From Planctomycetota bacterium (GTDB taxonomy: Bacteria; Planctomycetota; Brocadiia; Brocadiales; Bathyanammoxibiaceae), in the NCBI GenBank assembly GCA_023261505.1, contig JAHFOV010000003.1:3911-67910 (forward strand): DNA of 64,000 nucleotides. Reading direction: 5' to 3'. The first letter of the stretch is position 1; every line of letters begins with the position of its first letter. Below, piece by piece: positions 9,282 through 18,103 of this stretch. The position numbers and the translations under genes were made by a program. Under the pieces are notes generated by a model, which had not been told where the DNA came from, did not search any database, and saw only the letters and a list, made by a program, of their open reading frames with translations.

Positions 9282-10664
9282 ATGAAGTATAAGGCATGGT
9301 TCCAGTGCAGCGCTGGCTGTGGTGAGCGGCATGGGCTGAATGAGATTGTGTATAATTGTAGTCGCTGCGGCGAGCTACTGGAGGTAGCCCACGATATTGA
9401 CGCACTCAAGCAGAGAAAGCCCACCGCATGGAAACGTCTCTTTAACCGCCGCTATATGCGCACTAACTGGCCTTATGGAAGTTCTGTTTGGGGAAAGAAA
9501 GAGCTGGTATGTCCCAATGTGGAGAATAAGAACATAGTCTCCCTTTATGAGGGAGGGAGTAACCTTTTCTGGGCAGAGCGCCTCGGCAGGGAGATAGGGT
9601 TAAAGGACCTCTGGCTAAAACAGTGTGGTAATGCCCATACTGGGTCATTTAAAGATCTAGGCATGACTGTGTTGGTCTCTATGGTCAGGCAGATGCTCTA
9701 CGAGGGGAAAGAAATCCTTGGGGTAGCATGTGCTTCCACAGGGGATACCTCTGCTGCCCTGGCTGCATATTGTGCGGCGGCAGGGATTCCGGCCATTGTG
9801 TTTTTACCTAAGGACAAGGTTTCCAGTTCCCAGTTAGTTCAGCCACTGGCCAACAACGCCTTAACCCTCTCTATAGACACTGATTTTGATGGATGCATGA
9901 AGCTGGTGAAGGAGTTATGTGCCAGAAATAATATCTACCTGGCCAACTCTATGAATTCCTTGAGGATTGAGGGCCAAAAGACTATAAGCATAGAGATTGC
10001 CCAACAGTTTGATTGGGATGTACCAGATTGGGTAATAGTTCCAGGGGGTAATTTAGGAAACGTCACGGCCCTTGGGTTGGGCTTCTTGATTATGAGAGAC
10101 CTTGGTATTGTGAATAAGATACCCAGGATTGCCTGCGCTCAGGCCCAGAAGGCCAATCCCCTCTATCTCAGTTATCTCAAGGAGTTCAAGGAGTATAAGC
10201 CTATCCAGGCCCAAAAGACCCTGGCCAGCGCCATACAAATAGGTAACCCTGTAAGCATAAAAAAGGCCATAAAGATTATTCAACTCTTTAATGGGGTAGT
10301 GGAGCAGGCCTCAGAGGATGAACTGGCAAACGCCGCAGCCAGGGCCGATCGTACTGGCCTGTTTAACTGCCCTCATACAGGCGTAGCCCTGGCCGCCTTG
10401 ATAAAACTACTAAAGAGAGGAGAGATAAAACCCGATGAAAGGGTAGTAGTTATCTCCACAGCCCACGGGTTGAAGTTCCCAGATTTTAAGATTCATTATC
10501 ACGAAGGAACCCTGGAGGAAGTAACACCCCTATACAAGAACGAACCAGTCGATGTTCCGGCTGATTACGAGACCGTAAGAGGTTCTATTCTCAGAGCCCT
10601 TGAAAAAGGGTTTTACGACTATAAACCTACAGTTAGGCCGGGGCGCACACTGATAAAGGACTAA
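9282..10664 (+). CDS. thrC: Threonine synthase with an N-terminal Cys4 zinc-ribbon
   Basis: PLP-lysine motif [10 protein letters not shown]. The N-terminus is [28 protein letters not shown] lies just upstream of ATG 9282, so the ORF-track TTG 9234 is probably an over-extension. Confidence 0.9.
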   Translation: MKYKAWFQCSAGCGERHGLNEIVYNCSRCGELLEVAHDIDALKQRKPTAWKRLFNRRYMRTNWPYGSSVWGKKELVCPNVENKNIVSLYEGGSNLFWAERLGREIGLKDLWLKQCGNAHTGSFKDLGMTVLVSMVRQMLYEGKEILGVACASTGDTSAALAAYCAAAGIPAIVFLPKDKVSSSQLVQPLANNALTLSIDTDFDGCMKLVKELCARNNIYLANSMNSLRIEGQKTISIEIAQQFDWDVPDWVIVPGGNLGNVTALGLGFLIMRDLGIVNKIPRIACAQAQKANPLYLSYLKEFKEYKPIQAQKTLASAIQIGNPVSIKKAIKIIQLFNGVVEQASEDELANAAARADRTGLFNCPHTGVALAALIKLLKRGEIKPDERVVVISTAHGLKFPDFKIHYHEGTLEEVTPLYKNEPVDVPADYETVRGSILRALEKGFYDYKPTVRPGRTLIKD

Positions 10665-11041
10665 TGTACAGAACGCAGAGTGCTAACCTTGCTCTTACCG
10701 GTCTGGTGTTCTGCTGTGTGTCTAGACTCGGCAACCTTTTGTCTTTGTATCTTATCCTCTTTTGGGGGATGTTTTGCTAGCTCTTCCTCGTACTTCTTTA
10801 TGAGTTCTTCGTTATTATATCCAGGGCATAGCCCATGGCGCCACTTTTCTCTGGGATTGGAAAAGAATGCACATCGCTCTCCCAAGTTTAACTTACATCC
10901 ACTACATTTGCGAACAGGTTTTAGCCACTTTTCCATTGGTTCCTCTAAACAAAAAGTTCTAAATAATAACACCCCTACCTGTCCAATAAACAAAGGATAA
11001 CAGAAAAGAAGGATCTTGGCAAATCCTTTCTGGAATGACAC
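10661..11041 (-). CDS. Small Cys-rich hypothetical protein
   Basis: [44 protein letters not shown] followed by a Lys/Glu-rich tail. The internal ATG at 10936 is a plausible true start. The 3' end overlaps the thrC stop by 4 nt in convergent orientation. Confidence 0.4.
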   Translation of the reverse strand: MSFQKGFAKILLFCYPLFIGQVGVLLFRTFCLEEPMEKWLKPVRKCSGCKLNLGERCAFFSNPREKWRHGLCPGYNNEELIKKYEEELAKHPPKEDKIQRQKVAESRHTAEHQTGKSKVSTLRSVH

Positions 11042-11104
11042 AATTCTACCCTCTGGTTTAGAACCTTTATCTGGAAAAACCCAAGGTAGAATTCTTTCCG
11101 TCCC

Positions 11105-12160
11105 TTATTTCAGTTCTCTCCAAAGGGACTCTGGCATGTCGTAAGCAAGCTTCAATGACCCATCGGCACCGGCATAAACAGGCTCTTCTACCCTGGCAAC
11201 CTTGCCTCCCCCGTACTCCTGCAGGCCTTCTTCAACAACGCTATCGAGTCCCCTGATTTGACTCATACCCCCCGCCAGTATTACATTATTGAGAATGAGC
11301 TGTTGAAATTCGGGGTCATAAGTTGCAATGAGATTTCCAACCGCCTCAAGAATAGGAGGTACAATAGACTTGCAAGCTCGCCGACACTCCTCTGTAATGT
11401 CTAACGTCCTGGGTTTACCTCCTACGGGGACTCTTATTAATGTCCTATCAGTTGTATCTGTTACAAAACCATACTTTTCCTTTGCCTCCCTGACCATGTT
11501 GATAGTAAGCTGGGCTTCGGGATGGTTTTCCTTTATTAACTGTAAGAATAGCTCATCCACATAATCTCCTGCTGTAGTAAGGGTTATCTGGTCCCCTTCC
11601 TCCGGGAGGCTTCCATGCATACGGCACAGATCCACCGTTCCAGCACCAATGTCTATTATCAATGCATCCCCTAGCTTATCTAACCCATAGGCCACTGCAA
11701 AGGGTTCCGAGACTATCATCACAGAGTCTAGGGTCTCAGAAGCAGCTTCTATGAGAGACTGCTTATTGACCACGCTGGCCTGGGCTGGGGCACCAATGAC
11801 CCCATATACCTTCTGTCCCTCCCTAGCGTTAACTAATCCAACTACATGCTTCACCAGTTCCTTGGCAGCCGCTTTATAATTCTCAACCTCCTCCGGACCT
11901 GCCAGACTGGAATTGTCGGAATACTTAATAACTCCTTTTTCAAAGGGCCTTACCAGGTTCAACGCAAGACGTCGCTGCATGGCCTCGTTTCCGAAAACCA
12001 CTCTACTGCCCAGTAATTTCCTTGAAACCTCATCCTTGGGCCAACCCACTACACTTAATACCGTTTGTCGTAGACCGTTACTAGCCGTTATAGAGGTTTT
12101 GAAAGTCCCAAGGTCTATACCCAGAAATAATGCTTCACTATGCTCCCGTAACTCCGTCAT
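11105..12160 (-). CDS. MamK-like actin-family (ASKHA) filament protein
   Basis: LFLGIDLGT, VVGWPKDEV, VIGAPAQASVVNK, IVSEPFAVAYGLDKL, IIDIGAGTVDLCRMHGSLPEEGDQITLTTAGDYVDE, YDPEFQQLILNNVILAGGMSQIRGL and a C-terminal ..ESLWREL all track, block by block, my recollection of Magnetospirillum MamK. AGGAGGG lies 5 nt before ATG 12160, so the ORF-track ATG 12175 is likely too long. Confidence 0.8.
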   Translation of the reverse strand: MTELREHSEALFLGIDLGTFKTSITASNGLRQTVLSVVGWPKDEVSRKLLGSRVVFGNEAMQRRLALNLVRPFEKGVIKYSDNSSLAGPEEVENYKAAAKELVKHVVGLVNAREGQKVYGVIGAPAQASVVNKQSLIEAASETLDSVMIVSEPFAVAYGLDKLGDALIIDIGAGTVDLCRMHGSLPEEGDQITLTTAGDYVDELFLQLIKENHPEAQLTINMVREAKEKYGFVTDTTDRTLIRVPVGGKPRTLDITEECRRACKSIVPPILEAVGNLIATYDPEFQQLILNNVILAGGMSQIRGLDSVVEEGLQEYGGGKVARVEEPVYAGADGSLKLAYDMPESLWRELK

Positions 12161-12174
12161 ATTAACCCTCCTCA

Positions 12175-12846
12175 TTATTGACTACTGAGTTTTACGCTCC
12201 TGAGGTCCTCTGATTTATTCCCTCGCAGCTGAAGATTTTCCTTAATAATACCGTCAAAAAAGCCTCCTCTGTTTCCCGTCTGCCTTGTCTCCTTCTCCGC
12301 TTTATGCTTAACAACAGGAATGGCACTGTAAATGGAAGGCTGTAAACCTGCCTCTAGTCCTCTCAGAAGACTTTCTTCCAGGTTTCTGATAAATTCCATC
12401 GGGATATCCTTTGCCCCAAGGCTTTCTTTTGCCCGTTCTATGGCTTCACTTATCTTTTCCTTTAACTTTCCACCCCGATCCGCTTTCACCCCCATAGGCC
12501 TGGCATTTTCTGTCTTCTTTAAGACCTCCAGTTCCTTCCTCAATCTGGACACTTCAGCCTCCAGAGCTATGCGGGCCTCCTTTTCTTTATCCAATCTCAT
12601 TGCCACTAGTCCCTCTACGGTAAGGTTTATTAATTCTTCAAGACTCTTTTGACTTATTACTTTTAACTCTTTTATTCCTTGCTTTTTGAATTCCTTGAGG
12701 GTGACGCAGGATAACTTTTTCTGCTGGAGGGCCTCATAAATCCCTTTAGGGAACAGCCGTGCTACCCCCTCTGCTGATTGGGAGGAATTATCCTTCTCAA
12801 CTTCCATTATCTTGTCCTTCTTGTGGAGGGACTTTTTTGCTTTCAA
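12175..12846 (-). CDS. Coiled-coil protein translationally coupled to the MamK-like gene
   Basis: Its TAA overlaps the downstream ATG (TAATG). The central heptad-like segment is LDKEKEARIALEAEVSRLRKELEVLKK. The true start is probably ATG 12807 (MEVEKDN..), which has AAGGA 8 nt upstream. Confidence 0.6.
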   Translation of the reverse strand: MKAKKSLHKKDKIMEVEKDNSSQSAEGVARLFPKGIYEALQQKKLSCVTLKEFKKQGIKELKVISQKSLEELINLTVEGLVAMRLDKEKEARIALEAEVSRLRKELEVLKKTENARPMGVKADRGGKLKEKISEAIERAKESLGAKDIPMEFIRNLEESLLRGLEAGLQPSIYSAIPVVKHKAEKETRQTGNRGGFFDGIIKENLQLRGNKSEDLRSVKLSSQ

Positions 12847-12851
12847 AGCGA

Positions 12852-12880
12852 AGTTTACTATAACTTATTCTCATTGTCAA
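12852..12880 (-). promoter_or_regulatory. Candidate promoter TTGACA-N17-TAAACT for the coiled-coil/MamK-like operon
   Basis: On the minus strand, TTGACA is at 12880-12875 and TAAACT at 12857-12852, with a 17-nt spacer. Confidence 0.35.
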
Positions 12881-13063
12881 CACAATAATTATCCTCCTGC
12901 ATAAATCCTTAATTTTCAACTAGGTACGACATAAGATAACCCTTACAAAAGTAATTATCATAAGTGGCTTTAAATTATCGTTGTGAACGCGGCATCATCC
13001 AATACTCAACAGGCAACGGTCCTCGAATTTCATTACATAAGCCAGGAGGAGCTTCAACGCTTA

Positions 13064-13092
13064 TTGACAGTACTAAGAGCCTGAACTACAAT
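13064..13092 (+). promoter_or_regulatory. Candidate promoter TTGACA-N17-TACAAT upstream of trpE
   Basis: TTGACA at 13064-13069 and TACAAT at 13087-13092, with an exact 17-nt spacer, 42 nt upstream of the trpE ATG. Confidence 0.45.
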
Positions 13093-13133
13093 GCATTGAA
13101 GTAAGGGCACGCTGCAGCGTACCCCTATCACGT

Positions 13134-14690
13134 ATGAAACCTACTTACCTCCCTGTTTATTCAGAATTTAAGGAGTTAGCTAAACAAGTCCTTGAGCGAA
13201 GCGAAGGAAAGGCCGGGTCGCTAGCACCGCAAGCAATAGTGCCTGTTTATCGCCAGCTAATGGCTGACACCCTTACTCCAGTCTCCGCCTTCCAAAAGAT
13301 AGTGGGGCCATCTCCAAAGGGTCTATCCGGGCACGCCTTTCTACTGGAGAGCGCAGCAGGAGGAGAAAAGATGGCTAAATCTTCATATTTAGGCGTTGGT
13401 CCTTTTATGGAGGTCTGGAGCAGTGGTAACCAAATGGAGATTCTAAATGGCCTTTCTAAAAAAATACTGAAGACTCAGGACCCTCTGGGCACCCTGGAAG
13501 GTTTGATAAGAAAGCATTCCCAGGCTACCCTTCCAGAATTGCGCCGCTCGGCAGTGGCAGTTGGATACATAAGTTACGATACTGTACGCTTCATTGAGAA
13601 ACTGCCCTACAAAGCTGTAGACGACCTTCGACTTCCAGACCTTCTTTTCATGTTTTTTGATTCCCTGGTCATCTTTGACCATCTAAATAAGACAGTGAAG
13701 GTCGTCTCCAATGCCCATCTGGAAGATGAGAAAGATCCCGCACCGGCTTACCGGGACGCCATCCAAAAGATTGACTCCCTTGTAGAAAAGCTCAGGACTC
13801 CCATCTTTACAATTAGTGATGATATTAATACTGACGGCGAGGTTACTTTACGCTTCTCTTCCAACTTCAAAAAAGAAGATTTTCTAAAGGCAGTTCAAAG
13901 ATGTAAGGAATACATTAAAGCAGGGGACGTTTTTCAGGTGGTTCTGTCACAGAGATTGGCTGTGAAGACGCAGGCCGATCCCTTCAACATATACCGAGCC
14001 TTAAGGGTGATAAACCCTTCTCCTTATATGTTCTATTTAGACATGGGTGAACTCAAGCTTATAGGTTCATCCCCTGAGGTAATGGTAAAGGTAGAAACGG
14101 GAAAAGTAACGGTCCGACCAATTGCAGGTACAAGAAAGCGTGGCTTCAATGAGGAAGAGGATGCAAGGCTCGAGAAAGAATTACTAGAAGACCCGAAGGA
14201 AAGGGCTGAACATATAATGTTAGTGGACTTAGGAAGGAACGATGTAGGAAGGGTGGCGGAGTACGGGAGCGTATCTTTAGAAGACAAGATGGTCATAGAG
14301 AAATACTCCCACGTCATGCATATCACTTCTTCCGTGACAGGCAAACTACGGCAGGATAAGAGTGCCTTTGATGCCCTGAAGGCCTGCTTACCAGCAGGCA
14401 CCTTATCAGGAGCACCAAAGGTAAGGGCCATGGAAATCATTGAAGAGCTGGAGCCTACCCGCCGAGGCCCTTATGGTGGTGCGGTGGGATACGTCGATTT
14501 CTCTGGAAATATGAACACATGCATAACCATTCGTACTATAACAATGAAAGGAGACACAGCCTACATTCAGGCAGGGGCTGGAATAGTAGCCGATTCTATA
14601 CCCGAGAGGGAGTACGAAGAAACCCTCAACAAGGCCAAAGGCCTCCTAAAGGCCATAGAAACGGCGGAGAGGATGGAAGCCGCCCAATAA
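13134..14690 (+). CDS. trpE: Anthranilate synthase component I (chorismate-utilising enzyme)
   Basis: 518 aa with the LLESA..GGE..SYLG N-terminal region, IAGTRKRG, AEHIMLVDLGRNDVGRV and GGAVGYVDFSGNMNTCITIRT motifs. No trpG follows. Confidence 0.85.
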   Translation: MKPTYLPVYSEFKELAKQVLERSEGKAGSLAPQAIVPVYRQLMADTLTPVSAFQKIVGPSPKGLSGHAFLLESAAGGEKMAKSSYLGVGPFMEVWSSGNQMEILNGLSKKILKTQDPLGTLEGLIRKHSQATLPELRRSAVAVGYISYDTVRFIEKLPYKAVDDLRLPDLLFMFFDSLVIFDHLNKTVKVVSNAHLEDEKDPAPAYRDAIQKIDSLVEKLRTPIFTISDDINTDGEVTLRFSSNFKKEDFLKAVQRCKEYIKAGDVFQVVLSQRLAVKTQADPFNIYRALRVINPSPYMFYLDMGELKLIGSSPEVMVKVETGKVTVRPIAGTRKRGFNEEEDARLEKELLEDPKERAEHIMLVDLGRNDVGRVAEYGSVSLEDKMVIEKYSHVMHITSSVTGKLRQDKSAFDALKACLPAGTLSGAPKVRAMEIIEELEPTRRGPYGGAVGYVDFSGNMNTCITIRTITMKGDTAYIQAGAGIVADSIPEREYEETLNKAKGLLKAIETAERMEAAQ

Positions 14691-14713
14691 TGCAAAATAA
14701 AAGGGTTTTAATT

Positions 14714-14742
14714 TTGACAGCTTTATTTCTTCATGCTAACAT
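14714..14742 (+). promoter_or_regulatory. Candidate promoter TTGACA-N17-TAACAT in front of the seven-gene operon
   Basis: TTGACA at 14714-14719 and TAACAT at 14737-14742. ATG 14751 lies 9 nt after the -10 box, which implies a near-leaderless first gene. Confidence 0.35.
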
Positions 14743-14750
14743 CGCCCACC

Positions 14751-15125
14751 ATGAGCTGGATACAACAAAGTCTTAAAAGGTTCAGAGAAGAAATGCGGCA
14801 AGCCTTTGCCATGGAAGGGAGGGAAGGTCTCACCGAGGAGGAGCGTGTCTTGCTAGAACGCATGGCTCAGGCCGTAGTCCGCCGTCGTATGGCCACCCCA
14901 GCTATACTGTTCCTGGAATCCCTAATGCCACTTAGTTATATTGGGAGCCAGGTCATGCACTTCCTCAGACCTTTCATGACCTTCCTCTTCTCACAGGAAG
15001 AATACGATAGACTGTCCCAGCTCCTTGAAAGACGTTCCACCATTGAGCACCTCATAGAGGCCATAAGGAGAGTTGAAGGCGGTAATCCGCCTCGGGCGGA
15101 GTGGCGAAAAAAAGATAATGGTTGA
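14751..15125 (+). CDS. Small hypothetical protein with a hydrophobic core segment (operon gene A)
   Basis: About 124 aa, with hydrophobic ATPAILFLESLMPLSYIGSQVMHFLRPFMTFLF flanked by charged helices. Its stop overlaps the next ATG (ATGGTTGA). Confidence 0.5.
   Translation: MSWIQQSLKRFREEMRQAFAMEGREGLTEEERVLLERMAQAVVRRRMATPAILFLESLMPLSYIGSQVMHFLRPFMTFLFSQEEYDRLSQLLERRSTIEHLIEAIRRVEGGNPPRAEWRKKDNG
15086..15100. repeat. 15-nt palindrome TCCGCCTCGGGCGGA (copy 2 of 4)
   Basis: Read directly from the sequence. It lies in the last codons of gene A, 18 nt before ATG 15118. Confidence 0.7.
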
Positions 15126-16908
15126 ACCCAAAGATCTTAAAGTAATCCTAGCTACCGACTGTGGTAGCACCACCACCAAAGCAATCCTTATAGAAAAAAA
15201 GGGGGAGGAATATAGGCAGACCTACCGTGGAGAGTCACCCACCACTGTGGAAGCCCCTTTTGAAGATGTCACTCGAGGGGCACTAAACGCCTTCGCAGAG
15301 TTGGAAGAGCTCTCTGGAAGGAAAATATTGGACGGAGAAAAGATTATAATGCCTGCCAGGGATAACGTGGGTGTGAACATCTATGTCTCTACTAGTAGCG
15401 CCGGTGGAGGGCTGCAGATGATGGTAGCCGGGGCAGTGAAGACTATGAGCGCCGAAAGTGCTCAAAGGGCCGCCCTGGGCGCCGGAGCTATTGTTACAGA
15501 TGTTATAGCCTCTAACGACAAAAGGCTCCCTCACGAGAGGATAGAGCTAATTCGGCAACACCGCCCTGACATGATACTCCTTTCGGGGGGGACGGACGGG
15601 GGTACTGTATCTCATGTTGTGGAACTGGCCGAACAAATCGCTGCCGCAAACCCTAAAGCTCGCCTTGGCACGACCTTCAAGCTACCTGTCCTTTATGCTG
15701 GAAATAAAGACGCAAGGGATATTATCAGTAAGGTGTTAGAAGAAAAAACCTACCTCCAGATAGCAGAAAACCTGCGCCCCACACTTGAGGCTGAAAACCT
15801 GATGCCAGCCCGACAAAAGATACAAGAACTCTTTTTGGAACATGTCATGGCCCATGCCCCTGGCTATAAGAAACTCATGACCTGGACCTCTACCCCAATA
15901 ATGCCCACTCCTGCGGCAGTAGGGGCAATCATAGAGAGCAAGGCAAAGAGAGACGGTATAAATATCGTGGGGGTGGATATCGGCGGCGCCACCACGGACG
16001 TATTCTCCGTCTTCGATGGCAACTTTACCAGAACGGTAAGTGCCAACCTGGGGCTTAGCTACAGCATCTCCAATGTCCTAGCCGAAGCAGGGGTGGAAAA
16101 CATACTCAGATGGATACCTTTTGATATGGATGAGGCAGACCTTCGCAATCGAGTAAAGAACAAGATGATACGACCAACTACAATACCTCAAACTCTGGAG
16201 GGGTTGCAGATGGAACAGGCCATTGCCAGGGAGGCCCTTCGTCTGGCTTTTGAACAACACAAGTCCTTGGCTGTAGGCCTGAAGGGTATCCAAAGGGTGA
16301 GGGACATCTCAGAGACCTTTAAAGAGGCAAAGGTGGAAACCCTGGTAGATATGCTGAAACTGGACCTCATCATTGGCAGCGGAGGGGTACTCTCTCATGC
16401 CCCCAGGCGCGCCCAGGCTGTGCTCATGCTTATAGATGCCTTCCTTCCAGAAGGCGTAACCCGGCTTGGAGTGGATAGCATCTTCATGATGCCTCACCTC
16501 GGAGTGCTATCATCCATACACCCAGAGGCTGCACAAGAAGTCTTTGAAAAAGATTGCCTCATTCCACTGGGAGCATGCCTGGCTGTCATCAACATAGGCA
16601 GGCTCGGTGAAAAATGCCTGGATATTAAAATACATTACCAAGACGGCAGAAAAATAGAGGAGAGCATCCCTTTTGGTGAATTGAAACTTTACCCCCTTGG
16701 TCCGAAGGAGGAAGCAGAGCTGGAGGCCCATCCCACCAGGCAATTTGACCTGGGTAAAGGCAAGGGCCATGCCCTAAAGACCAGGGTCCGTGGAGGCGTT
16801 GTTGGCCTTGTGGTAGACACTAGAGGAAGGCCCTTAAATATACCCAAAGACAAGGCCAAACGAATAGAACTCCTCAAGAGATGGGCTTCGGCCCTAGGGG
16901 CCTTTTGA
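15118..16908 (+). CDS. MutL/GlmL-family ASKHA ATPase (operon gene B)
   Basis: Two ASKHA phosphate-binding motifs, ILATDCGSTTTKAILI and VGVDIGGATTDVFSV, plus LLSGGTDGG. The protein resembles the glutamate-mutase accessory protein family. The start is taken at ATG 15118 (MVEPKDLKV..). Confidence 0.75.
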   Translation: MVEPKDLKVILATDCGSTTTKAILIEKKGEEYRQTYRGESPTTVEAPFEDVTRGALNAFAELEELSGRKILDGEKIIMPARDNVGVNIYVSTSSAGGGLQMMVAGAVKTMSAESAQRAALGAGAIVTDVIASNDKRLPHERIELIRQHRPDMILLSGGTDGGTVSHVVELAEQIAAANPKARLGTTFKLPVLYAGNKDARDIISKVLEEKTYLQIAENLRPTLEAENLMPARQKIQELFLEHVMAHAPGYKKLMTWTSTPIMPTPAAVGAIIESKAKRDGINIVGVDIGGATTDVFSVFDGNFTRTVSANLGLSYSISNVLAEAGVENILRWIPFDMDEADLRNRVKNKMIRPTTIPQTLEGLQMEQAIAREALRLAFEQHKSLAVGLKGIQRVRDISETFKEAKVETLVDMLKLDLIIGSGGVLSHAPRRAQAVLMLIDAFLPEGVTRLGVDSIFMMPHLGVLSSIHPEAAQEVFEKDCLIPLGACLAVINIGRLGEKCLDIKIHYQDGRKIEESIPFGELKLYPLGPKEEAELEAHPTRQFDLGKGKGHALKTRVRGGVVGLVVDTRGRPLNIPKDKAKRIELLKRWASALGAF

Positions 16909-16975
16909 ACTCTTAGGCCTTTAGAATTTATACTTTAATTCCTTTGAACTTTGAACCTTTAAACCCTTAAACTTT
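16909..16975. repeat. Degenerate 7-8-nt tandem array (CTTTGAA / CTTTAAA words)
   Basis: The sequence reads ..ggccttta gaattta tacttta attccttt gaacttt gaaccttt aaaccctt aaactttt and fills the whole B-C intergenic gap. Confidence 0.6.
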
Positions 16976-16981
16976 TTGTTT

Positions 16982-18103
16982 ATGGCCCACGCCTACACCC
17001 CAGGATTAAGAGTAGCCGAAAAGACAAAGATAAGGAAGGCCAGGGTGTTGCCCCTTCCCGGAGAGCTAGTAGTAAAAAAAGGGGACCGTGTAGAGGCGGA
17101 GGATGTCGTGGCCAGGACAGAACTCCCTGGGAAGGTCTTTTCCGTAAATGTGGCAGGACGACTGGGCATACCACCCGAGGAAGTGGTAAAATATATGATT
17201 AGAAAAGAGGGAGACCCTGTAGCAAAGGATGAAATCTTAGCCGAAAGTAAGTCCCTCCTTGCCTGGCTAAAGGCTACATGCACCTCCCCCATAAAAGGAA
17301 CAGTAGAGACCATATCAAATATAACAGGTCAGGTACTTTTAAGGGAACCACCTCAGCCCATAGAGGTCAGGGCCTATATTGGCGGGCGGGTGGTGGAGGT
17401 GATGGAAAAGGAGGGGGTTGTGGTGGAAACCACTGCCAGTTTTGTTCAAGGTATTTTCGGTGTAGGAGGGGAGGCGGTAGGTCTCCTGGAGATGGGTGTA
17501 AACTCCCCAGAGGAGGTGCTAGAACCTAAAGGGATAAGGCAAGAACATGAAGGAAAGATCCTTGTAGCTGGCTCATTGGTAACCTGGGAGGCTATGGATA
17601 AGGCTAGGAAGGCAGGGGTGAAAGGAATTGTCACGGGAGGGGTGTACGATGAGGATCTTAAAGCACTCCTGGGTTATGATCTGGGTGTGGCAATCACTGG
17701 TTCTGAGGAGATAGGGCTAACCCTGATAGTTACAGAAGGTTTCTCCAGGATTAATATGGCTAAAAAAACTTTCGAACTCCTCCAGTCAAAGCGTGGCATG
17801 AAGGCCTCCATAAATGGTGCCACTCAGATAAGGGCAGGTGTAGTACGCCCGGAGATAATTATCCCCCTTAATAAAGAGGCGACTGGAGAAGAAGAAACCC
17901 CTGCGGAAACGGGCATGACAATAGGAGATATGGTCAGGGTCATTAGAGAACCTCACTTTGGCAAAATAGGCAAGGTGAAGAGCCTCCCAGTAGAACTGCA
18001 AACGATTGAAACAGAGGCAAAGGTAAGGGTAGTGGAAATAGAACTGACCGAAGGCTCTACCATTTTAATTCCTAGAGCCAACGTGGAGGTGATTAAACTT
18101 TGA
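16982..18103 (+). CDS. Hybrid-barrel (lipoyl/EIIA-like) plus KOW-like protein (operon gene C)
   Basis: KKGDRVEAEDVVA and EGDPVAKDEILAE..TSPIKGTVETISNITGQVLL resemble barrel-sandwich hybrid motifs. The C-terminal IGDMVRVIREPHFGKIGKVKSL is KOW-like. No biotinyl AMKM motif is present. Confidence 0.6.
   Translation: MAHAYTPGLRVAEKTKIRKARVLPLPGELVVKKGDRVEAEDVVARTELPGKVFSVNVAGRLGIPPEEVVKYMIRKEGDPVAKDEILAESKSLLAWLKATCTSPIKGTVETISNITGQVLLREPPQPIEVRAYIGGRVVEVMEKEGVVVETTASFVQGIFGVGGEAVGLLEMGVNSPEEVLEPKGIRQEHEGKILVAGSLVTWEAMDKARKAGVKGIVTGGVYDEDLKALLGYDLGVAITGSEEIGLTLIVTEGFSRINMAKKTFELLQSKRGMKASINGATQIRAGVVRPEIIIPLNKEATGEEETPAETGMTIGDMVRVIREPHFGKIGKVKSLPVELQTIETEAKVRVVEIELTEGSTILIPRANVEVIKL

Noticed and set aside
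13134-14690. trpE without an adjacent trpG/trpD as an anomaly, or as a PabB/MenF misassignment
   Set aside because: Split trp genes are common. The motifs fit the chorismate-utilising family generally, so TrpE is the most likely but not the only possibility. I did not consider this noteworthy.
15073-15117. Upstream extension of the MutL-like ORF (start at 15073), plus the similar extensions at 9234 (thrC), 5090 (J-domain), 12175 (MamK-like), 37178 (thioredoxin-NHL) and 49268 (dxs)
   Set aside because: Internal ATGs have better RBS or coupling context, or give family-typical N-termini. The extensions cross repeats or the upstream gene.
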